This document shows, in pieces, positions 34,636 to 41,153 of a stretch of DNA of 41,153 nucleotides (its first letter is position 1; each line of letters opens with the position of its first letter). The position numbers and the translations under genes were made by a program. Below the pieces are notes generated by a model. The model did not search any database. It was given only the letters and a program-made list of their open reading frames with translations, and had not been told where the DNA came from. Source of the DNA: an uncultured Candidatus Saccharibacteria bacterium (lineage in GTDB: Bacteria; Patescibacteriota; Dojkabacteria; B142; OLB20); contig CAZZFI010000001.1 in assembly GCA_964653475.1 (NCBI GenBank), positions 1-41,153 on the forward strand, written 5' to 3'.

Positions 34636-35022
34636 TCAGCGAATTATTCCTCTATTGTTTTCTGCTTCTCTAACTTCACGCTCATTCATCCCAAAATGGT
34701 GGGCAATCTCATGCCAAATAGTGTTTTTCACAATTTTTTTAGCCCTTTCTGAATTCCCTTCAGCTCTTTGCAAAATTGGGATTCTGAAAATTGTAATTCT
34801 GTCAGGCAAAACCATTGCATAATTATTTCCTCTTTTGGGAAGCGGAACTCCTTCATACAAACCAAACAAAGTCCATCCTCGGCGGAGATTTATTTTCTTT
34901 TGTTGTTCAAAACTAGGATAGTCGGCCGTGAAAATAGCTACATTATCAAGCTTTTCTTTAAATTCTTCTGGAATCAGCTCGACACTATCATCTACAATTT
35001 TCTGAAATTCTTCTGGATCCAT
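34636..35022 (-). CDS. Zincin_1 (DUF1025) metallopeptidase family protein
   Basis: LDNVAIFTADYPS ... LFGLYEGVPLPKR ... IWHEIAHHFGMNE. Confidence 0.8.
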   Translation of the reverse strand: MDPEEFQKIVDDSVELIPEEFKEKLDNVAIFTADYPSFEQQKKINLRRGWTLFGLYEGVPLPKRGNNYAMVLPDRITIFRIPILQRAEGNSERAKKIVKNTIWHEIAHHFGMNEREVREAENNRGIIR

Positions 35023-35125
35023 TTATTAAATATTCTAACATGTGATCTCTACTATACTAAAAAGACAAAATCGCAAAAGATGTATTTTTGTTTTATACTT
35101 AGATATAACCTTTCATAAATCTGCC

Positions 35126-35875
35126 ATGAAAAAATCAAATTTTTACATAATGCCACTCGCGATTTTAGGAATATTGCTTTTGCTTGCTGGCGTGTTATTC
35201 CTTTATAAATACATGTCTGTAAAATCTGTTAGTAACTTCGCAGAATGTGTGAATCAAGGTTACACTGTTTTAGAAACTTACCCCGAACAATGCAGAACCC
35301 CTGATGGAAAAGTGTTTACACAAGTAATCGAAGAGGAAGATTTTAATGAACCCCTTTCCGATGAAGTTACTATCCATAATCCTCAACCTGACCAATTTGT
35401 AAGCTCTCCCCTACTTGTGAATGGATATGTTCCCGGTCCATGGTTCTTCGAGGGATTCTTTCCTGTTGAGCTACATAATTCTACAGGAGAGGTTATAGCA
35501 ACAGCACAAGGAACTGTTGCAGATGGTAGCGATTGGATGACTGAAGAATTCGTATATTTTGAAGCCACGCTTGAGTTTGATCAAGAAAACATAACCGAAT
35601 CAGGAACAGTTGTATTAAGAAAATCTAACCCTTCAGGCTTACCAGAGAACGAAGATAGTGAAAGCGTATCAATAAAGTTCTCAACAGCAACAGCAAGCGG
35701 AGGATGTGTTATTACTGGTTGTAGTTCACACATTTGTGCGGAAGAAGATCAGGTAACGACCTGTGAATACCGTGAGGAATATGCTTGTTACCAAACCGCC
35801 AAGTGCGAAAGACAAAGTGATGGTGCGTGCGGATGGACAATGACTGATGAACTCCAGGCGTGTTTGGATACATAG
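35126..35875 (+). CDS. Membrane-anchored Gmad2 Ig-like domain protein with a C-terminal eight-Cys module
   Basis: Start at ATG 35126 (MKKSNFY, then a TM helix). VSSPLLVNGYVPGPWFFEGFFPVELHN..GEVIA ... FEATLEF ... GTVVLRKSNPSG is Gmad2-like. The C-terminus is GGCVITGCSSHICAEE..TTCEY...ACYQTAKCERQSDGACGW. Confidence 0.7.
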   Translation: MKKSNFYIMPLAILGILLLLAGVLFLYKYMSVKSVSNFAECVNQGYTVLETYPEQCRTPDGKVFTQVIEEEDFNEPLSDEVTIHNPQPDQFVSSPLLVNGYVPGPWFFEGFFPVELHNSTGEVIATAQGTVADGSDWMTEEFVYFEATLEFDQENITESGTVVLRKSNPSGLPENEDSESVSIKFSTATASGGCVITGCSSHICAEEDQVTTCEYREEYACYQTAKCERQSDGACGWTMTDELQACLDT

Positions 35876-35906
35876 AAGCAATATACAGATATGTTGACAA
35901 CTGCGC

Positions 35907-36608
35907 TTAGTTGAGTGAAGGGCCGTGAAATCTAGTCATTTTTAGTTTATCTAACGTTAGACTAGAAACAAATGATCCTTCTATGGCAGTTTTCAGGGCT
36001 TCAATTTTATCTTTTGTAGCAGAGTCGACATCATAGTCAACTAGGATCATCTCTATTGACTCACTAATGTTTAATAATTGAAAGAACTGTTGGTAGAGTC
36101 CTCTTGCCCTATCTGATGCATTCCAGTCTATAAGAAAACTAGGGTTTATTAATAGCCTTTTCCTCCATAAAAGATCAAGCTCGTACAACAAGGTTTCCAC
36201 TTTCGTGATAAAAAGCATTGCCAAATCAAATACCCCTATTCTGTTTATAGCATTTATATTCATCTCTTCTTCCCCGGTTGATTTAAGGTATTTCGCAAAG
36301 TCCAACCCTAAAAACATCATCAACCGAGGATCTCCCTTCTGTCTTGCTTTAACTGCCAGTTCATAAACATCCGTATAGTCAAATTTGTTTGATTTGAGTA
36401 TTATAAATAATTCAGTTGGGATATTTGATTCGCTGAAACTTCGTGCGTAATTTCTAAACCCTTCCATTGACTCAATTGGCTGTGCCCCTGTAATAATAAT
36501 TTTGTGTATTCTAAAAATATCGGGAACAACAGGAATGGATCTGATAAGTTCCGGGGCTATCTCCCCAATATCTCCTGGTAGAAAATCTCTTCGTGGTAAA
36601 GTATCCAT
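35907..36608 (-). CDS. Hypothetical protein
   Basis: 233-aa ORF with no recognised motif. Confidence 0.5.
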   Translation of the reverse strand: MDTLPRRDFLPGDIGEIAPELIRSIPVVPDIFRIHKIIITGAQPIESMEGFRNYARSFSESNIPTELFIILKSNKFDYTDVYELAVKARQKGDPRLMMFLGLDFAKYLKSTGEEEMNINAINRIGVFDLAMLFITKVETLLYELDLLWRKRLLINPSFLIDWNASDRARGLYQQFFQLLNISESIEMILVDYDVDSATKDKIEALKTAIEGSFVSSLTLDKLKMTRFHGPSLN

Positions 36609-36764
36609 GATCTGGGAATTGTATCACAAGATTGCAAAATTCTGTATTATCAACCATTGTTCACAATTCTAATGACATATCATCGGAAACAAAGCAACCA
36701 AATCTACCCTTAGAAATAGAGCGCCAAAAACAGCGGAAACGAACAAAGCTTTCTGTCACCTTGC

Positions 36765-37205
36765 TCAGGTGCTTTCAACCATCTCTTTTAATTTCGCCAG
36801 GGCCTTGTCCCAGCCTTCTTCCATTTCTTCAAGCATACTATCGTCAGCTCCAGCTTCGATATGAAGCAAAGTTCCACCGTCTTGCTCTGTGAATGTATAT
36901 GTCTCCATCATTCCCGCATACATTTTCGCCCATTCGCTTTCTGTATCTTCTTCCCCTTTTTGCACCATCCCTTTCATTTCAAATGTTATTTTTTCATAAG
37001 GTTTCTTTTCTTTGATTACGGCTAACATACCAGAATCTGTGTCGTCTACAAACTTAATTTTACTTCCTTCGTTCCAGTCACTATCAGCTCGCGCTCCTTC
37101 ATGAAAAGCAGAGGCCCAGCTCCGATAGCCCTCATCAGAAAGCATATTCTCCCATACTTTCTCTCTAGGAGCTTTGATAAAAATATCTCTAACAATTTTC
37201 TTCAT
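36765..37205 (-). CDS. SRPBCC (AHSA1/START-like) domain protein
   Basis: RDIFIKAPREKVWENMLSDEGYRSW ... C-terminal EEGWDKALAKLKEMVE, typical of the Aha1-like SRPBCC family. Confidence 0.75.
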   Translation of the reverse strand: MKKIVRDIFIKAPREKVWENMLSDEGYRSWASAFHEGARADSDWNEGSKIKFVDDTDSGMLAVIKEKKPYEKITFEMKGMVQKGEEDTESEWAKMYAGMMETYTFTEQDGGTLLHIEAGADDSMLEEMEEGWDKALAKLKEMVEST

Positions 37206-37255
37206 CGTTAAACGATAATAAATATAGTTAGATTTTAACAGTTATTAAATGTAAA

Positions 37256-37406
37256 GGGGTATAAAATTTCCGACTAATTGGCGTTAGCAGTCCTCCTTTC
37301 GGCAGCCAGTGAAGCGCTTTCGACTTCACCCCGCCTTGGCGGGGCAAACTCAGCCACCTAATATAGAATACTAAACGGGACATACGGGTCTGGAACCCTA
37401 TACCCT
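37256..37406. ncRNA. Candidate structured RNA of unknown class (GC-rich nested helices in an AT-rich spacer); strand undetermined
   Basis: Closing helices: GGGTATA (37257-63) with TATACCC (37399-405); TTCC-GAC (37268-74) with GTC-t-GGAA (37388-95); CGTTAG (37282-87) with CTAAACG (37371-77). Internal hairpins: GTGAAG-cgctttcga-CTTCAC (37309-29) and CCCGCC-tt-GGCGGG (37330-45). No ORF. Confidence 0.35.
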
Positions 37407-37469
37407 AGTCTAATTATATAAAAATGAGACAAATAAGAAACCTAAAAAAGGAGTATCGAATCCGTCTCG

Positions 37470-38089
37470 TTATATAATTACACTGAATCCACTGAGATAA
37501 TCATACCTTTCATTACTATTTTCAACTAAATTCTGTAGTACCTTTTCTCCGGGTAATTTACTATGAAACTTTTGTTCAAAATATACTTTCATATACCTCA
37601 TAATAAAACCATGGGTTACAACTAGAATGTCCTTACTTTCGAATCTTGTTAAAATGCCGTCAAAATCTTGGATTCTTTTGTAGATTGACTCCAGAGACTC
37701 AATGCCAGCCTGATTTTCACCTATTGCTTTATAAAATTTTCCCTCAAAGGTTGAAGACCTAGCTCTTTATACTCCTTTTCTGTAATTAGATTACTCACAG
37801 AGAACTTAATCTCATCAATTTCCTTGATCACCAAGTCGGAATCAGTTAGTTCTTTCACCTTCGCAATCAACTTTGCTGTATCTACAGCCCTGAGAGACGG
37901 ACTGTGAAGAATAACATCATACCTTTCATCTAAATGGTGCGACTGGACTATAAGATCTATAGTGTGACTAGAAATATTTGGTTGAATTACCCCTCTTGCT
38001 AATTCATCAAGCTGCGTATAATTTAATTTATCATAGTTATCAAAAGGTTCTTCAAGTTGTGAGTGTCTAATAATCGTAACTTTACTCAT
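37470..38089 (-). pseudogene. Histidine phosphatase (PGM/CobC/SixA superfamily) gene split by a -1 frameshift
   Basis: The N-terminal ORF (37721-38089) has VTIIRHSQ and HSPSLRAVDTA. The -1 frame continues with ..AIGENQAGIESLESIYKRIQDF..ILVVTHGFIMRY.. to a TAA at 37470-37472. The switch is at the GGGAAAATTTTAT run. Confidence 0.7.
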
Positions 38090-40667
38090 TGCTTGTTAAT
38101 TTTTTAAGTAAACGACCCGAAGGACTAAAACTCACCCGAGTTCCAGTCTTTAGTTTTCCAATCCTTACCGCTGAAATGGCTCCAATGCCAAGTTCTCTTG
38201 CTCTTTGTGCACCATGGGAAACGATGTCAGCATTCTCAAGTATCAATCCAGCAGCCATATTAATGTATGGATCATGTGTTAAATTAACCTGTTTAGCTGC
38301 CAAAATGACTGGGATGCCATTTTCTCGATACGAATTGATCAATTCTCTGAACGCAATATCTTCAAGATCAAATTCTTCCAAATTAATAATCACAGCATCA
38401 GTAATATCTTCCCCTTGAGCTATAAACTTACCGATCGCCTCGGAAAACTCTATTCCGTCATCTTCTGTTAAGTTAAAATCATCCACATCACTTAAAGTAA
38501 AGACTTTAGGTAAGTCTAGACTTTTATAGTGGGTGTACTCTTGAGACCTTGCTCTAATTAAATGGCGGTATTCATCAGGTTTTGCAGCGAACTCTTTAAG
38601 TTCCCTTGGAAATAAATGAAACACCTCATCTGAAGTGATACCTCGTCTCTGAGCCAATTCAATAATCCCTCTTCTGACTTCAGCGTAGCCTTTAGTAAAG
38701 TAATACTTAACAGTTTCTCTTAAAGCCATGTACATCTGAGAATTGTTGATGATTTTCTCTAACATATCTCTCTGACTCACTGGTAAATCTTCAAGTAAAG
38801 TGGTCTGATATGCTAATCTCTTTGCCCTTTGCTGCTCAAATTTAGAGGAATAATCTCCACTTTCTCTAATACCTCGGACATATTCTATAATACTATCGGG
38901 TTTATCAGAGAACCTAGGGTGTCTAATTTCTAACACCTCCCCACTGCTGTAATGTCCAATCAAGCTTTCTGCTAGAGTTACCGCCAGATCCTCATCTTCG
39001 GCTTGTGCTATAATGAGATTAACATCAGTTATTTTGCTCCCTTCAAGCCCTTGAGTTAATAGTGCTACAGATTCTCTAACTTTATCCTCACCATAACCAT
39101 GAGTTCTTGATAGTTCAACCATAAGCCGTTGAGTATAATAAAAACCTAATCTAGCCGCCTTGACAAAGTCCACACATGCTCTAGTGCGTAAGTACTCTAA
39201 GTTGTCTTCAATAAAATTCAGTAAATCAGAGTCACTAGCTGATCGGGGATCAAATTCAGCTTGCCTAGAATAATACTGCCCCAAATCTACACCACGTTCA
39301 GTAGTAAAATACTCCAAGTACGTATCTGCCTCTCTGCCTAATCGTTTTGTAAATTCTAAATATCTTTGATAGTATTCCTCCCCGCGTTCAGGGAAAAGCT
39401 CTTCCAATTGATCTATAGTTGGATCTTGCAAATATAAACCCATTTCTGGGTATATACCCTTATCACGATCAACTCCAATATCGTCTAAATATCTATTTAC
39501 TAAAGTTCGATAGAATTCTTGGCGGTCTTCAGGTATTCCATTAAAGAATGTACCTGCATCCCGTGCAATGCTCATATATGGTTTACCGCCAATATAGTGT
39601 GCAAAACCTATAGTTTCATCTCCCACAAGGTAACCAACATCTCTCCTCCCAATTTGAATTGCACCGGCAACATTATCAGAACCAGTAAAAATATATGCAA
39701 AAACACCAAAATCAGCTTCAGTAGGTGCAGGGAGGAGCTCACTGAAATTACTATCGCTAAAAACTGCGCCGTTAGTCTCCAACTCTTTAATCTCTTTATT
39801 CATAAGCCTTCTCGATCTATTCTGGGTTCTCTCCAATACATCCATAACTGTTACTTCAGTTTCAATTGGACCAATATCAGTTGTCAAAGTTCTTGCTTGC
39901 AAAATATATAAACTATCTGTATTAGAATCTAAAGCAAATTCTATATCCTGGTTTATTCCCGCAAAGTGGGAGTCTATTCGTCTGGCTATATCGGCAATTT
40001 CTGTCACTTTTTCGATAGCTATGGGCACATCATCCATGCCAGCAGAACTCGCAATGTGCCCTGTTTCATAATCTATAATTATCTCGGAGCCTGCTTTATC
40101 GCCGTCCACAAGAGCCTTGCCAAAATCATCTATATACTTAACTATAATTTGTCCCGTTTGCGATGAGGTATAGATTACTCCTGCGTATTTGGGTCGAATT
40201 AGCTGTTGTAGGACTATTCCTATTTTCACACTTTCGACATCTATATCATGCAGTGCTAGCACCTCTGCCACTTGTTGAGATCTACTCTGTTCATAAATCT
40301 CAACTATGCGTTTTAGAGCTAGCTCGTCTGGTGATTCAACTGTTATATAGTGGGTATCAAATATCCCTGCCATACTTAAATCAGATCCATCTTCAATATT
40401 AGCTGAACTTCTGACAGCAATCTCACCACCTAGGGAATCCCTAATTTTTGTAAATTCAGCTATAAAGTCAGCCGGAAGCTGGCCGGTTTCTAGATAATGT
40501 TCATGCACCCCCCTGTCTATATAAATACTCTTCGGTACTGGAAATCCTGCGTTCTGAAGTTCAGCCAAATTGGCCGCCTTGCCACCAAACTCTACAGTAT
40601 TACCAGCAACTATATTTGCACTGGATTCAAAATATTGACTAAATTCAAAATTGCTCATTATATTCAT
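38082..40667 (-). CDS. PEP-utilising phosphotransferase with rifampin-phosphotransferase-like architecture (N-terminal ATP-grasp PPDK_N, long helical middle, C-terminal swivel phosphohistidine domain)
   Basis: FGGKAANLAELQNAGFPVPKS at the N-terminus; ...GLILENADIVSHGAQRARELGIGAI at the C-terminus (catalytic His codon at 38214-38216). 861 aa. Its 3' end overlaps the phosphatase start by 8 nt. Confidence 0.8.
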   Translation of the reverse strand: MNIMSNFEFSQYFESSANIVAGNTVEFGGKAANLAELQNAGFPVPKSIYIDRGVHEHYLETGQLPADFIAEFTKIRDSLGGEIAVRSSANIEDGSDLSMAGIFDTHYITVESPDELALKRIVEIYEQSRSQQVAEVLALHDIDVESVKIGIVLQQLIRPKYAGVIYTSSQTGQIIVKYIDDFGKALVDGDKAGSEIIIDYETGHIASSAGMDDVPIAIEKVTEIADIARRIDSHFAGINQDIEFALDSNTDSLYILQARTLTTDIGPIETEVTVMDVLERTQNRSRRLMNKEIKELETNGAVFSDSNFSELLPAPTEADFGVFAYIFTGSDNVAGAIQIGRRDVGYLVGDETIGFAHYIGGKPYMSIARDAGTFFNGIPEDRQEFYRTLVNRYLDDIGVDRDKGIYPEMGLYLQDPTIDQLEELFPERGEEYYQRYLEFTKRLGREADTYLEYFTTERGVDLGQYYSRQAEFDPRSASDSDLLNFIEDNLEYLRTRACVDFVKAARLGFYYTQRLMVELSRTHGYGEDKVRESVALLTQGLEGSKITDVNLIIAQAEDEDLAVTLAESLIGHYSSGEVLEIRHPRFSDKPDSIIEYVRGIRESGDYSSKFEQQRAKRLAYQTTLLEDLPVSQRDMLEKIINNSQMYMALRETVKYYFTKGYAEVRRGIIELAQRRGITSDEVFHLFPRELKEFAAKPDEYRHLIRARSQEYTHYKSLDLPKVFTLSDVDDFNLTEDDGIEFSEAIGKFIAQGEDITDAVIINLEEFDLEDIAFRELINSYRENGIPVILAAKQVNLTHDPYINMAAGLILENADIVSHGAQRARELGIGAISAVRIGKLKTGTRVSFSPSGRLLKKLTSNE

Positions 40668-40740
40668 ATTTAGGAAATAAAGTGAGGATACTTGCTAAGA
40701 TGAAGGTCACCAAAAACGGAAGTGGCTTATTAAAACGCTC

Positions 40741-41001
40741 CTAAAGAGATTTAACATCTTTAAATCCTCCTGATTTTATTTCCTTAGACCCCCTCGTAAC
40801 TGTCGCTACTCCTACACCTAAGTTCTTAGCTATCTGATGTTGTGAGATGCCGGCTTTGAGCTGTTTTACAATTTCCAGTCTTTTTGGAAGCTCGTCTAAC
40901 TCACTCGAGGTGAGAATGGACGATAAGAACGCCTCTATGTCATCTTCAGTCTCTAGACTATGCAAGAATTTAATGAATTTTTTTAACAGGGACTTATTCA
41001 T
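40741..41001 (-). CDS. TrpR-related YerC/YecD family DNA-binding protein
   Basis: 86 aa. FLSSILTSSELDELPKRLEIVKQLKAGISQHQIAKNLGVGVATVTRGSKEIK is the YerC/YecD signature (..R..i...L..g.sqreIa..lgvs.aTItRgs). Confidence 0.8.
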   Translation of the reverse strand: MNKSLLKKFIKFLHSLETEDDIEAFLSSILTSSELDELPKRLEIVKQLKAGISQHQIAKNLGVGVATVTRGSKEIKSGGFKDVKSL

Positions 41002-41007
41002 ATTGAC

Positions 41008-41036
41008 ATCATACTATACTAGTACGCTAGTGTCAA
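41008..41036 (-). promoter_or_regulatory. Near-consensus promoter of the yerC-like operon, predicted leaderless
   Basis: On the minus strand: TTGACA (41036-41031), 17-nt spacer, TATGAT (41013-41008), then only 6 nt (GTCAAT) before the ATG at 41001. Confidence 0.55.
41018..41031. promoter_or_regulatory. TrpR-type operator candidate (two CTAG cores 8 bp apart) in the promoter spacer
   Basis: ACTAGTACGCTAGT: inverted ACTAG/CTAGT arms, with the same CTAG spacing as E. coli trp operator half-sites (ACTAGTTAACTAGT). It is nested in the larger inverted repeat TTGACA...TGTCAA (41003-41036). Confidence 0.45.
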
Positions 41037-41049
41037 ACTATTAAAGAAA

Positions 41050-41086
41050 TTACCAGCACTTTTATCTTTCGATTAGTTGCTGGTAA
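41050..41086 (-). terminator. Possible terminator of an upstream minus-strand gene outside the window
   Basis: 9-bp stem TTACCAGCA/TGCTGGTAA with a 19-nt loop, followed on the minus strand by TTTCTTTAAT. Confidence 0.35.
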
Positions 41087-41153
41087 ATACAGCTTCAGTA
41101 GATTAATTTCGTAGATTTCATCAACCTACTATTGTTAACATACTGGATCTGTA

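Noticed and set aside
36632-36892. Plus-strand ORF 36632..36892 (86 aa) in the gap before the SRPBCC gene
   Set aside because: It overlaps the 3' end of the well-supported SRPBCC gene on the opposite strand, has Pro/Leu/Ser-rich composition and shows no motif. It is likely spurious.
37256-37406. Assignment of the structured element as SRP (4.5S) RNA, a tRNA, or a ykkC/guanidine-I, glycine, TPP or fluoride riboswitch
   Set aside because: The GNRA-closed helix lacks the conserved GGAAGCAGC/AGG SRP domain-IV loops. There is no 7-nt T-loop or cloverleaf. Only a UAGGGUUCC match to ykkC is present, without GGUCCGAGAG or ACACGG...GGGAGA. It is kept only as an unclassified candidate.

Overview
AT-rich bacterial chromosomal window whose gene content looks Patescibacteria/CPR-like: many small membrane proteins, Pro/Thr-linker surface proteins, pilN/pilO, few metabolic genes and aminoacyl-tRNA synthetases with large insertions. 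The genetic code looks standard, since TGA terminates comF, metG and valS. Housekeeping anchors are cysS, valS, metG-tatD, tmRNA (ssrA), comF, dgkA, a DUF368 C-terminus, two NUDIX hydrolases, an SDR epimerase and a PQQ-type sugar dehydrogenase. Three cis-regulatory RNA/DNA elements can be read directly from the sequence. A cobalamin riboswitch sits ahead of a DUF4430-lipoprotein/DUF6580-like transporter pair. A canonical T-box antiterminator/terminator sits ahead of a PIG-L deacetylase-cysS operon. A TrpR-like CTAG operator lies inside a near-consensus promoter of a yerC/trpR-like gene. The most unusual observations are: (1) valS carries an apparently intact histidine-phosphatase domain nested in its catalytic core, plus a second roughly 150-aa insertion marked by a perfect 15-bp tandem duplication; (2) a yerC-like regulator, a rifampin-phosphotransferase-like PEP-utilising enzyme and a frameshifted histidine phosphatase form an apparent operon, followed by a roughly 150-nt GC-rich structured element of unknown class; (3) a decayed island of about 1.8 kb abuts the CCA end of tmRNA; (4) an apparently circularly permuted DsbA-like oxidoreductase; (5) a membrane-anchored protein with two VWC-like CxxCxC cysteine repeats lies between two undecaprenyl-phosphate recycling genes. 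All family assignments come from motif recognition by eye, and no database search was run.
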